From sequence record LR597660: a stretch of DNA of 64,000 bases; one strand, given 5' to 3'. The stretch's first letter is position 1. Each line of letters starts with the position of its first letter. The stretch comes from Escherichia phage T4_ev151. Below, piece by piece: positions 8,816-18,978 of the stretch. The position numbers and the translations under genes are program-made. The notes beneath the pieces are model-generated. The model was not told the origin of the DNA and did not search any database. It was given only the letters and a program-made list of their open reading frames with translations.

Positions 8816-9267
8816 TATGCCCCCTTAAAGCCAAGAGCTCGTAATCCATCTTCTGTTAGAATTCTAAATTTTATTCCACGCTTTTCAGCTAAAGATTGCG
8901 CTGCTTTCCATTTGTCAGTATTAACTGAATATGTATAAATTTCATTCATAAATCTTTTCTTCGCTGCGGTTGTTAGATGTGCTGGTTTAACTGGTGGTTG
9001 TGTTTCTTTTTTAGGTTTTATTTCAATAAAAAATTCTTGTCCAGAAGAATCTTTCATCCAAATATCCATGAAGTATCTACGTTTTTTCCCTTCTGCATTA
9101 CAAAAATAAGGAATTACTGCTGTTTCACTACCCCATGCAATAATTTCTGGATTTTTATCTAACCATTCAAAAAAGAATTTTTCCCAATTTGATCTATACG
9201 TAATTTTTTTAGGGTCACCTCTATACTTTGATATATTTTTAGGAACCCATTTTCCAGAATATGCCAT
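8815..9267 (-). CDS. 4: gp4 head completion protein
   Basis: 150-aa ORF, synteny with T4 gene 4; late promoter upstream. Confidence 0.8.
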   Translation of the reverse strand: MAYSGKWVPKNISKYRGDPKKITYRSNWEKFFFEWLDKNPEIIAWGSETAVIPYFCNAEGKKRRYFMDIWMKDSSGQEFFIEIKPKKETQPPVKPAHLTTAAKKRFMNEIYTYSVNTDKWKAAQSLAEKRGIKFRILTEDGLRALGFKGA

Positions 9268-9278
9268 TGGATTCTCCT

Positions 9279-9286
9279 TATAAATA
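9279..9286 (+). promoter_or_regulatory. T4 late promoter TATAAATA for gene 53
   Basis: Exact TATAAATA about 28 nt upstream of the gene 53 ATG in the divergent 4/53 intergenic region. Confidence 0.6.
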
Positions 9287-9293
9287 GATAATA

Positions 9294-9301
9294 TATTTAT
9301 A
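9294..9301 (-). promoter_or_regulatory. T4 late promoter TATAAATA (minus strand) for gene 4
   Basis: Exact TATAAATA on the minus strand about 27 nt upstream of the gene 4 ATG. Confidence 0.6.
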
Positions 9302-9314
9302 AACAGGAGGGACC

Positions 9315-9905
9315 ATGCTCTTTACATTTTTTGATCCGATTGAATATGCGGCCAAAACGGTGAATAAAAACGCGCCGACTATTCCTATGACAGATATTTT
9401 TAGAAACTATAAAGACTATTTTAAACGCGCTCTTGCGGGATACCGCTTACGTACTTATTATATCAAAGGTTCACCACGTCCGGAAGAATTAGCAAATACT
9501 ATATATGGAAATCCACAGCTGTATTGGGTTTTATTGATGTGTAATGATAATTATGATCCATATTATGGATGGATTACTTCACAAGAAGCTGCTTATCAAG
9601 CATCTATACAAAAATACAAAAATGTGGGTGGAGACCAAATAGTATATCATGTGAATGAGAACGGTGAAAAATTTTATAATTTAATATCATACGATGATAA
9701 TCCATATGTTTGGTATGATAAAGGCGATAAAGCTAGAAAATATCCTCAATATGAAGGAGCACTTGCTGCGGTCGATACGTATGAAGCTGCTGTTCTTGAA
9801 AATGAAAAACTTCGTCAAATAAAAATAATAGCAAAATCAGACATCAATTCATTTATGAACGACCTTATACGTATAATGGAGAAATCTTATGGAAATGATA
9901 AGTAA
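9315..9905 (+). CDS. 53: gp53 baseplate wedge protein
   Basis: 196-aa ORF, length and synteny as T4 gp53; SD GGAGGG. Confidence 0.85.
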   Translation: MLFTFFDPIEYAAKTVNKNAPTIPMTDIFRNYKDYFKRALAGYRLRTYYIKGSPRPEELANTIYGNPQLYWVLLMCNDNYDPYYGWITSQEAAYQASIQKYKNVGGDQIVYHVNENGEKFYNLISYDDNPYVWYDKGDKARKYPQYEGALAAVDTYEAAVLENEKLRQIKIIAKSDINSFMNDLIRIMEKSYGNDK

Positions 9906-11619
9906 TAACCTTAATTGGTTTGTTGGTGTTGTTGAAGATAGAATGGACCCATTAAAATTAGGTCGTGTTCGCGTTCGTGTGGTTGGTCTGCATCCACCAC
10001 AAAGAGCACAAGGTGATGTAATGGGTATTCCAACTGAAAAATTACCATGGATGTCAGTTATTCAACCTATAACTTCTGCAGCAATGTCAGGAATTGGAGG
10101 TTCTGTTACAGGGCCAGTAGAAGGAACTAGAGTTTATGGTCATTTTTTAGACAAATGGAAAACTAACGGAATTGTCCTTGGCACGTATGGTGGAATAGTT
10201 CGCGAAAAACCTAATAGACTTGAAGGATTTTCTGACCCAACTGGGCAATATCCTAGACGTTTAGGAAATGATACTAACGTATTAAACCAAGGCGGAGAAG
10301 TAGGATATGATTCCTCTTCTAACGTTATTCAAGATAGTAACTTAGACACTGCAATAAATCCCGATGATAGACCACTATCAGAGATTCCAACCGATGATAA
10401 TCCAAATATGTCAATGGCTGAAATGCTTCGCCGTGATGAAGGATTAAGACTAAAAGTTTATTGGGATACCGAAGGATATCCGACAATTGGTATTGGTCAT
10501 CTTATCATGAAACAGCCAGTTCGTGATATGGCTCAAATTAATAAAGTTTTATCAAAACAAGTTGGTCGTGAAATTACTGGAAACCCAGGTTCTATTACAA
10601 TGGAAGAGGCGACGACTTTATTTGAGCGTGATTTGGCTGATATGCAACGGGACATTAAATCACATTCTAAAGTAGGACCAGTCTGGCAAGCTGTCAACCG
10701 TTCTCGTCAAATGGCGTTAGAAAATATGGCATTTCAAATGGGTGTTGGTGGTGTAGCTAAATTTAACACAATGTTAACTGCTATGTTAGCCGGAGATTGG
10801 GAAAAAGCATATAAAGCCGGTCGTGATTCATTGTGGTATCAACAAACAAAAGGCCGTGCATCCCGTGTTACCATGATTATTCTTACCGGAAATTTGGAAT
10901 CATATGGTATTGAAGTTAAAACACCAGCTAGGTCTTTGTCGGCAATGGCTGCTACTGTGGCGAAGTCTTCTGATCCAGCTGACCCTCCTATTCCAAATGA
11001 CTCGAGAATTTTATTCAAAGAACCAGTTTCTTCATATAAAGGTGAGTATCCTTATGTGCATACGATGGAAACTGAAAGTGGGCATATCCAAGAATTTGAT
11101 GATACTCCTGGGCAAGAACGATATAGATTAGTTCATCCAACTGGAACTTATGAAGAAGTATCACCATCAGGAAGAAGAACAAGAAAAACTGTTGATAATT
11201 TGTATGATATAACCAACGCTGATGGTAATTTTTTGGTAGCCGGTGATAAAAAGACTAACGTCGGTGGATCAGAAATTTATTACAACATGGATAATCGTCT
11301 TCACCAGATAGATGGAAGTAATACAATATTTGTACGTGGCGATGAAACTAAGACAGTTGAAGGTAATGGAACTATCTTAGTTAAAGGTAATGTTACTATT
11401 ATAGTTGAAGGTAATGCTGACATTACAGTTAAAGGAGATGCTACCACTTTAGTTGAAGGAAATCAAACCAATACAGTAAATGGAAATCTTTCTTGGAAAG
11501 TTGCCGGGACAGTTGATTGGGACGTTGGTGGTGATTGGACAGAAAAAATGGCATCTATGAGTTCTATTTCATCTGGTCAATACACAATTGATGGTAGCCG
11601 TATAGACGTAGGTTTATAA
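9889..11619 (+). CDS. 5: gp5 baseplate hub subunit with tail lysozyme domain and C-terminal beta-helix
   Basis: 576 aa; N-terminus MEMISNNLNWFVGVVED as T4 gp5; central lysozyme region; C-terminal VxGxxxxx repeats (TVEGNGTILVKGNVTIIVEGNADITVKGDATTLVEGN). Confidence 0.95.
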   Translation: MEMISNNLNWFVGVVEDRMDPLKLGRVRVRVVGLHPPQRAQGDVMGIPTEKLPWMSVIQPITSAAMSGIGGSVTGPVEGTRVYGHFLDKWKTNGIVLGTYGGIVREKPNRLEGFSDPTGQYPRRLGNDTNVLNQGGEVGYDSSSNVIQDSNLDTAINPDDRPLSEIPTDDNPNMSMAEMLRRDEGLRLKVYWDTEGYPTIGIGHLIMKQPVRDMAQINKVLSKQVGREITGNPGSITMEEATTLFERDLADMQRDIKSHSKVGPVWQAVNRSRQMALENMAFQMGVGGVAKFNTMLTAMLAGDWEKAYKAGRDSLWYQQTKGRASRVTMIILTGNLESYGIEVKTPARSLSAMAATVAKSSDPADPPIPNDSRILFKEPVSSYKGEYPYVHTMETESGHIQEFDDTPGQERYRLVHPTGTYEEVSPSGRRTRKTVDNLYDITNADGNFLVAGDKKTNVGGSEIYYNMDNRLHQIDGSNTIFVRGDETKTVEGNGTILVKGNVTIIVEGNADITVKGDATTLVEGNQTNTVNGNLSWKVAGTVDWDVGGDWTEKMASMSSISSGQYTIDGSRIDVGL

Positions 11620-11622
11620 ATA
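11615..11622 (+). promoter_or_regulatory. T4 late promoter TATAAATA upstream of the GIY-YIG gene
   Basis: Exact TATAAATA overlapping the gene 5 stop, 17 nt upstream of the endonuclease ATG. Confidence 0.5.
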
Positions 11623-11638
11623 ATTCCAGAGGTGAATT

Positions 11639-12505
11639 ATGAAAAAATCTAACACAGTTCAATTTAGATACATATATAAAACAACCGTTACTAATCCGAA
11701 AGGATTAGTACGGGTTTATATTGGTAAACATGAATCTAGATATTTTGATTTAGAAAATGATAAGTATAGAGGTTCCGGTGATTATATTAAAAAGATACGT
11801 AATAAACCTGGTTATAAAATAGATTTTGAAATAATTGAATTTGTTTCTACTTATGAAATTCTCAATTCAAGAGAAAGATATTGGATTTCGAAATATAAAT
11901 CATCTGATATTCTATGTACCAATATAAAATCCGGCGGTGATGGTTTTTCATCCGAAGATTTGAAGAGAATGTGGTCTAATCCTGAATATAGGAAAGCTCA
12001 ATTGAAGGCATTAGCTAAATCAACGTCAACTAAAGAATTTTCAGAGAAAATATCTAAAATAAACAAAGAAAGATGCGCATCGCCAGAATATCGAAAGAAA
12101 ATGAGTAATGCGATGAAAACTGCTTTTGAAAATGATCCAACATTAAAAATTCGTATTTCTAATACCGTTAAATCTTTATGGAAATCCGATGAATATAGAA
12201 ACAAATTAATCAATCATCCAGGAAAAATAGAAGGAACGAAACAATCATGGAATGATCCTTTGATAAGAAAATCGAGATTAGATGCTAGAAATAAAAAACT
12301 AAGATCAGTTGAACCTTGGATTAGTATAGAAAAAGTCAAAAAACTTTGGGAGGATTTGGGAAAACCACATCCACAGAAATACAAATGGTTTAGAGAAAAA
12401 GCAATTGAACACGACCTCCCGGATGTAAGTTATAACGCAATTTTAAAAGCGTTGAAAAAATGTGATTATAAATTTACATCATTAGAGAATTCAACAATTG
12501 GCTAA
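11639..12505 (+). CDS. GIY-YIG homing endonuclease (Seg-like) with C-terminal NUMOD-like repeats
   Basis: N-terminal FRYIYKTT...VYIGKH GIY-YIG module; four repeats of a W/CxxPEYRK motif in the C-terminal half; inserted between gene 5 and 5.1. Confidence 0.8.
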   Translation: MKKSNTVQFRYIYKTTVTNPKGLVRVYIGKHESRYFDLENDKYRGSGDYIKKIRNKPGYKIDFEIIEFVSTYEILNSRERYWISKYKSSDILCTNIKSGGDGFSSEDLKRMWSNPEYRKAQLKALAKSTSTKEFSEKISKINKERCASPEYRKKMSNAMKTAFENDPTLKIRISNTVKSLWKSDEYRNKLINHPGKIEGTKQSWNDPLIRKSRLDARNKKLRSVEPWISIEKVKKLWEDLGKPHPQKYKWFREKAIEHDLPDVSYNAILKALKKCDYKFTSLENSTIG

Positions 12506-13034
12506 TATACTTCCAATGAGCGCTGATTTAGGAGAATCCATGGAAGGTTCTTCTATCGACGTCACCTTTACCGCTCAATTAGAAACAGGTGAAACGTTAG
12601 TATCTATAAATATAACTAGTTACGAAGAAACTCCTGGGGTTTTAGTAGAAGAAAATCGCTTATATGGAACATATGAATCTGTATTTGGTTTCGGAAATGA
12701 CGCGTTGAAATATCGTTTAGGCGATGAATTTAAAACTGCTGCTTCATGGGAAGAACTTCCTACTGATTCTGATACTCAGTTGTATTTGTGGAAAGCTCCT
12801 CAAAATCTCCAGAAGACATTCACTTACGAAGTAACATTAATATATGACTACCAAGAACAAAGTGAATCTGGAGGTTCTGGCAGTAATTCTAGGTCATCTT
12901 CTGATACTACTGAACCAACGGATCCTCCTGCTCCAGTAAGAAAAACTCTCGTTAAAAATTATACTAAAACTATAGTTGGAAATTGGAGTCGTTGGGCTAA
13001 TAAGCTGAGAGAATATGTCTATGCAAGACCATAA
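12498..13034 (+). CDS. 5.1: gp5.1-like conserved hypothetical protein
   Basis: 178-aa ORF between gene 5 and the PAAR gene 5.4; true start may be a downstream ATG. Confidence 0.5.
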   Translation: MANILPMSADLGESMEGSSIDVTFTAQLETGETLVSINITSYEETPGVLVEENRLYGTYESVFGFGNDALKYRLGDEFKTAASWEELPTDSDTQLYLWKAPQNLQKTFTYEVTLIYDYQEQSESGGSGSNSRSSSDTTEPTDPPAPVRKTLVKNYTKTIVGNWSRWANKLREYVYARP

Positions 13035-13611
13035 ATATTTTTATTTGTATTCAATAACTAATAAAACAACAGGAAAAATTTATGTAGGCGTCCACAAAAC
13101 TTCAAATTTGGATGATGGGTATATGGGTTCTGGCGTTGCCATTAAAAATGCCATTAAAAAATATGGCATAGATAATTTTTATAAGCATATTATAAAATTC
13201 TTTGAATCTGAAAAAGCTATGTATGACGCAGAGGCAGAAATAGTCACAGAGGAATTTGTTAAATCTAAGAAAACTTATAATATGAAACTAGGCGGTATCG
13301 GTGGCTTCCCAAAACATAACACAGCGGGTGCTAAAAATGGATTTTACGGTAAATCTCATTCGCGTGAAACTAGATTGAAAATTAGCATTAAATCGTCTAG
13401 AAAAAGAGGGCCTAGAGGGCCTAGAGGTAAAACTCTGAAGATGTGTGGCGCCAATAACCCAAGGTATGGCAAAATAGCCCCTAATGCTAAATCTGTTATT
13501 ATCAACGGCGTTTTATATAAAAGTATTAAAATCGCAGCTAAAGCTCTTAATATAAATTATAGTACCTTAAAGGGGCGAGTTAAAGCGGGGTATTATAAAT
13601 GTCAGGATTGA
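13015..13611 (+). CDS. GIY-YIG homing endonuclease (segB/segD-family paralogue)
   Basis: [22 protein letters not shown]...LDDGYMGSG motif set shared with the ORFs at 2733 and 45534. Confidence 0.85.
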
Positions 13612-13892
13612 GTTATGATAAGTGTGTTACTGCTGGCCATGAAGCGTGGCCTCCAACAGTTGTGAATGCTACGCAAAGTAAAGTATTCACTGGAGGAATT
13701 GCTGTTCTAGTAGCAGGCGATCCAATTACAGAACATACAGAAATTAAAAAGCCATATGAAACACATGGCGGAGTGACACAACCTAGAACTTCTAAGGTAT
13801 ATGTCACTGGAAAGAAAGCTGTTCAAATGGCTGATCCAATATCATGCGGTGATACTGTGGCTCAGGCATCATCTAAAGTATTCATTAAATAG
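13599..13892 (+). CDS. 5.4: gp5.4 PAAR-repeat spike tip protein
   Basis: 97-aa ORF, same length and position as T4 gp5.4. Confidence 0.85.
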
Positions 13893-13900
13893 GATTTAAA

Positions 13901-15883
13901 ATGGCAAATACCCCTGTAAATTATCAATTAACAAGAACAGCAAATGCTATTCCCGAGATATTCGTCGGGGGTACGTTTGCTGAAATAAAACAAAACCTCA
14001 TTGAATGGCTTAATGGCCAAAATGAATTTTTGGATTATGATTTTGAAGGCTCAAGATTAAACGTTCTGTGCGACCTTTTGGCTTATAATACATTATACAT
14101 TCAGCAGTTTGGTAATGCTGCTGTGTATGAAAGCTTTATGCGTACTGCTAACTTACGAAGTTCAGTTGTTCAAGCTGCACAAGATAATGGATATTTACCT
14201 ACTTCAAAATCCGCTGCGCAGACCGAAATTATGTTAACATGCACCGACGCATTGAATAGGAATTACATTACTATTCCTCGCGGAACTCGCTTTTTAGCAT
14301 ATGCAAAAGATACTTCTGTTAATCCATATAACTTCGTTTCTACCGAAGACGTTATTGCTATTCGTGATAAAAATAACCAATATTTTCCGCGTTTAAAATT
14401 GGCCCAGGGACGTATAGTAAGAACTGAAATCATTTATGATAAATTAACACCTATTATCATTTATGATAAAAATATTGATAGAAACCAGGTTAAATTATAC
14501 GTTGATGGAGCAGAATGGATTAACTGGACAAGAAAGTCAATGGTTCATGCTGGTTCTACATCGACAATTTACTACATGCGTGAAACTATTGATGGAAATA
14601 CTGAATTCTATTTTGGTGAAGGTGAAATTTCTGTTAATGCTTCTGAAGGAGCTTTGACCGCTAATTATATCGGAGGTCTTAAACCTACTCAGAACTCTAC
14701 GATTGTTATTGAGTACATCAGTACTAATGGTGCTGACGCGAACGGAGCAGTCGGATTTTCATACGCAGATACATTAACAAATATAACTGTCATCAATATT
14801 AATGAAAATCCAAACGATGACCCAGATTTTGTTGGGGCAGATGGTGGCGGTGATCCAGAAGATATTGAGCGTATTCGCGAATTGGGTACTATTAAACGCG
14901 AAACCCAGCAACGCTGCGTAACTGCGACTGACTATGATACATTCGTTTCAGAGAGATTCGGTTCTATTATTCAGGCAGTTCAAACTTTCACTGATTCTAC
15001 TAAACCTGGGTATGCATTTATTGCTGCTAAACCTAAATCAGGTCTGTATTTAACTACTGTACAACGTGAAGATATTAAAAATTATCTCAAAGACTATAAT
15101 TTAGCTCCTATTACGCCATCAATTATTTCTCCTAATTATCTTTTTATTAAGACTAATTTAAAAGTCACATATGCTTTAAATAAACTGCAAGAATCCGAGC
15201 AGTGGCTTGAAGGTCAAATAATTGATAAAATTGATCGCTATTATACCGAAGACGTAGAAATTTTTAACTCGTCTTTCGCTAAATCTAAGATGTTGACATA
15301 TGTAGATGATGCAGATCATTCTGTCATTGGTTCATCAGCGACTATTCAAATGGTTCGTGAAGTACAAAACTTCTATAAAACGCCTGAAGCGGGTATTAAA
15401 TACAATAATCAAATAAAAGATCGTTCTATGGAATCTAATACGTTTTCATTTAATTCTGGACGAAAGGTTGTAAATCCTGATACTGGTTTAGAAGAAGATG
15501 TATTATATGATGTTCGTATAGTATCAACAGACCGAGATTCTAAAGGAATTGGTAAAGTTATTATTGGTCCATTTGCTTCTGGCGATGTTACAGAAAATGA
15601 AAACATTCAGCCATATACAGGCAATGATTTTAATAAATTAGCAAATTCTGATGGACGCGACAAATACTATGTTATCGGTGAAATAAATTATCCGGCTGAC
15701 ATGATTTATTGGAATATCGCTAAAATTAATTTAACATCTGAAAAATTTGAGGTTCAGACTATTGAATTATATTCTGACCCAACCGATGATGTTATCTTTA
15801 CCCGTGATGGTTCACTGATTGTATTTGAAAATGATTTACGTCCGCAATACTTAACTATCGATTTGGAGCCTATATCACAATGA
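13901..15883 (+). CDS. 6: gp6 baseplate wedge protein
   Basis: 660 aa, length and synteny as T4 gp6. Confidence 0.9.
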   Translation: MANTPVNYQLTRTANAIPEIFVGGTFAEIKQNLIEWLNGQNEFLDYDFEGSRLNVLCDLLAYNTLYIQQFGNAAVYESFMRTANLRSSVVQAAQDNGYLPTSKSAAQTEIMLTCTDALNRNYITIPRGTRFLAYAKDTSVNPYNFVSTEDVIAIRDKNNQYFPRLKLAQGRIVRTEIIYDKLTPIIIYDKNIDRNQVKLYVDGAEWINWTRKSMVHAGSTSTIYYMRETIDGNTEFYFGEGEISVNASEGALTANYIGGLKPTQNSTIVIEYISTNGADANGAVGFSYADTLTNITVININENPNDDPDFVGADGGGDPEDIERIRELGTIKRETQQRCVTATDYDTFVSERFGSIIQAVQTFTDSTKPGYAFIAAKPKSGLYLTTVQREDIKNYLKDYNLAPITPSIISPNYLFIKTNLKVTYALNKLQESEQWLEGQIIDKIDRYYTEDVEIFNSSFAKSKMLTYVDDADHSVIGSSATIQMVREVQNFYKTPEAGIKYNNQIKDRSMESNTFSFNSGRKVVNPDTGLEEDVLYDVRIVSTDRDSKGIGKVIIGPFASGDVTENENIQPYTGNDFNKLANSDGRDKYYVIGEINYPADMIYWNIAKINLTSEKFEVQTIELYSDPTDDVIFTRDGSLIVFENDLRPQYLTIDLEPISQ

Positions 15884-18800
15884 CAGTAAAAGCACCTTCA
15901 GTCACTAGTCTCAGAATTTCCAAGTTATCCGCAAATCAGGTGCAAGTACGCTGGGATGACGTTGGTGCTAATTTCTACAAAATAGTAGAAATCGCTGAGA
16001 CAAAAACAGACTCGGGGGAAAATCTCCCGAGTGATCAATATCGTTGGATTAATTTAGGATATACAGCAAACAATAGTTTCTTTTTTGATGATGCTGATCC
16101 ACTAACATCATACATCATTAGAGTAGCTACAGCTGCACAAGATTTTGAGCAATCTGATTGGGTTTATACGGAAGAGTTTGAAACTTTTGCTACGAATGCT
16201 TACACATTTCAAAACATGATTGAAATGCAATTAGCCAATAAATTCATTCAGGAAAAATTTACTCTTAACAATTCTAATTATGTCAATTTTAATAATGACA
16301 CTATAATGGCTGCATTGATGAATGAATCGTTCCAATTCAGCCCATCATATGTTGATGTTTCATCAATCAGTAATTTTATTATTGGTGAAAATGAGTATCA
16401 TGAAATACAAGGTTCTATTCAACAGGTATGTAAGGATATTAACCGAGTTTATTTGATGGAATCAGAAGGGATTCTATATCTTTTTGAGCGTTATCAACCC
16501 GTAGTTAAAGTATCTAATGATAAAGGACAAACCTGGAAAGCTGTGAAGCTCTTCAATGACCGTGTAGGATATCCTTTATCTAGGACAGTATATTACCAAT
16601 CTGCAAACACAACATACGTTCTAGGATACGACAAGATTTTCTACGGCCGCAAATCTACTGATGTTAGATGGTCAGCTGATGATGTGAGATTTAGTTCACA
16701 GGATATAACATTCGCTAAACTTGGTGACCAATTGCATCTAGGATTTGATGTAGAAATTTTTGCCACTTACGCGACTTTACCAGCTAATGTATACCGCATT
16801 GCAGAAGCTATTACTTGCACCGATGATTACATTTACGTTGTCGCCAGAGACAAAGTTAGATACATAAAAACGAGTAATGCACCTATAGATTCTGATCCAT
16901 TATCTCCAACATATTCGGAAAGACTTTTTGAACCTGATACCATGACTATAACTGGAAATCCTAAAGCAGTATGCTATAAAATGGATTCTATCGATGATAA
17001 AGTTTTTGCTCTTATTATTGGAGAAGTTGAAACATTAAATGCCAATCCGAGAACTTCAAAAATAATTGATTCTGCTGATAAAGGAATATATGTTTTAAAT
17101 CATGACGAAAAAACATGGAAAAGAGTTTTCGGTAATACCGAAGAAGAAAGAAGACGTATTCAACCCGGATATGCGAATATGTCAACTGACGGTAAATTAG
17201 TTTCTCTGTCTTCGAGTAATTTTAAATTTTTAAGTGATAACATTGTTAATGACCCTGAAACTGCAGCAAAATATCAGTTAATCGGTGCTGTTAAATATGA
17301 ATTTCCTCGTGAATGGTTAGCTGATAAGCATTATCATATGATGGCATTTATAGCGGATGAAAAATCTGATTGGGAGACTTTTACTCCTCAACCAATGAAA
17401 TACTACGCAGAACCGTTCTTTAACTGGTCTAAAAAATCTAACACACGTTGTTGGATAAACAACTCTGATAGAGCTGTAGTAGTTTATGCTGATTTAAAAT
17501 ACACCAAAGTTATAGAAAATATTCCGGAAACATCACCAGATAGATTAGTTCATGAATATTGGGATGATGGTGATTGCACTATAGTAATGCCAAATGTTAA
17601 ATTCACTGGATTTAAAAAATATGCGTCTGGGATGCTTTTCTACAAAGCCTCCGGTGAAATAATTTCTTACTATGATTTTAACTATCGTGTGAGAGATACA
17701 GTAGAAATTATTTGGAAGCCGACTGGAGTATTTTTAAAAGCATTTTTACAAAACCAAGAGCATGAGACTCCTTGGTCACCAGAAGAAGAGCATGGATTAG
17801 CTGATCCTGATTTAAGACCATTAATTGGCACAATGATGCCTGATTCTTATTTGTTGCAGGATTCGAATTTTGAGGCATTTTGCGAAGCATATATTCAGTA
17901 TCTTTCTGATGGATATGGAACTCAGTATAACAATTTACGAAATTTAATTCGTAATCAGTATCCACGAGAAGAGCATGCATGGGAATATTTGTGGTCAGAG
18001 ATATATAAAAGAAACATTTATTTGAACGCGGATAAGCGAGATGCTGTTGCAAGATTTTTTGAATCACGTAGCTATGATTTTTATTCTACTAAAGGAATTG
18101 AAGCATCATACAAGTTTCTTTTTAAAGTTCTTTATAATGAAGAAGTTGAAATTGAAATTGAATCTGGGGCTGGTACTGAATATGACATAATCGTTCAATC
18201 TGATTCTTTGACTGAAGATTTAGTAGGACAAACGATTTATACGGCAACAGGAAGATGTAATGTTACTTATATAGAAAGAAGCTATTCTAATGGTAAATTG
18301 CAATGGACCGTAACTATTCATAATCTTTTGGGACGATTAATTGCTGGTCAAGAAGTTAAAGCAGAAAGACTCCCTAGTTTTGAAGGCGAAATTATTCGTG
18401 GCGTTAAAGGAAAGGATTTGCTTCAAAACAATATAGACTATATTAATAGAAGTAGATCATACTATGTAATGAAAATTAAATCCAATTTACCTTCTTCCCG
18501 TTGGAAATCTGACGTTATTCGTTTTGTTCATCCAGTAGGATTTGGATTTATAGCAATTACCCTTTTAACGATGTTTATTAATGTTGGTTTAACTCTTAAA
18601 CATACAGAGACTATAATTAATAAATACAAAAACTATAAATGGGATTCTGGATTGCCTACTGAATATGCTGATAGAGTAGCTAAATTAACTCCAACCGGTG
18701 AAATTGAACATGATTCAGTAACAGGCGAAGCAATTTATGAGCCTGGCCCAATGGCTGGTGTAGAATATCCTCTTCCTGATGACTATAATGCTGAAAATAA

Positions 18801-18978
18801 TAATTCAATATTTCAAGGTCAATTGCCGTCTGAACGACGTAAATTAATGAGTCCTTTATTTGATGCATCTGGAACAACATTTGCGCAATTTAGAGATTTA
18901 GTTAATAAACGTCTAAAAGATAATATAGGAAATCCAAGAGACCCTGAAAATCCAACACAGGTTAAAATAGATGAATGA
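15880..18978 (+). CDS. 7: gp7 baseplate wedge initiator
   Basis: 1032 aa, length and synteny as T4 gp7. Confidence 0.9.
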   Translation: MTVKAPSVTSLRISKLSANQVQVRWDDVGANFYKIVEIAETKTDSGENLPSDQYRWINLGYTANNSFFFDDADPLTSYIIRVATAAQDFEQSDWVYTEEFETFATNAYTFQNMIEMQLANKFIQEKFTLNNSNYVNFNNDTIMAALMNESFQFSPSYVDVSSISNFIIGENEYHEIQGSIQQVCKDINRVYLMESEGILYLFERYQPVVKVSNDKGQTWKAVKLFNDRVGYPLSRTVYYQSANTTYVLGYDKIFYGRKSTDVRWSADDVRFSSQDITFAKLGDQLHLGFDVEIFATYATLPANVYRIAEAITCTDDYIYVVARDKVRYIKTSNAPIDSDPLSPTYSERLFEPDTMTITGNPKAVCYKMDSIDDKVFALIIGEVETLNANPRTSKIIDSADKGIYVLNHDEKTWKRVFGNTEEERRRIQPGYANMSTDGKLVSLSSSNFKFLSDNIVNDPETAAKYQLIGAVKYEFPREWLADKHYHMMAFIADEKSDWETFTPQPMKYYAEPFFNWSKKSNTRCWINNSDRAVVVYADLKYTKVIENIPETSPDRLVHEYWDDGDCTIVMPNVKFTGFKKYASGMLFYKASGEIISYYDFNYRVRDTVEIIWKPTGVFLKAFLQNQEHETPWSPEEEHGLADPDLRPLIGTMMPDSYLLQDSNFEAFCEAYIQYLSDGYGTQYNNLRNLIRNQYPREEHAWEYLWSEIYKRNIYLNADKRDAVARFFESRSYDFYSTKGIEASYKFLFKVLYNEEVEIEIESGAGTEYDIIVQSDSLTEDLVGQTIYTATGRCNVTYIERSYSNGKLQWTVTIHNLLGRLIAGQEVKAERLPSFEGEIIRGVKGKDLLQNNIDYINRSRSYYVMKIKSNLPSSRWKSDVIRFVHPVGFGFIAITLLTMFINVGLTLKHTETIINKYKNYKWDSGLPTEYADRVAKLTPTGEIEHDSVTGEAIYEPGPMAGVEYPLPDDYNAENNNSIFQGQLPSERRKLMSPLFDASGTTFAQFRDLVNKRLKDNIGNPRDPENPTQVKIDE

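Noticed and set aside
17708-18067. 119-aa minus-strand ORF inside gene 7
   Set aside because: Fully nested antisense within the conserved baseplate gene; no expression signals
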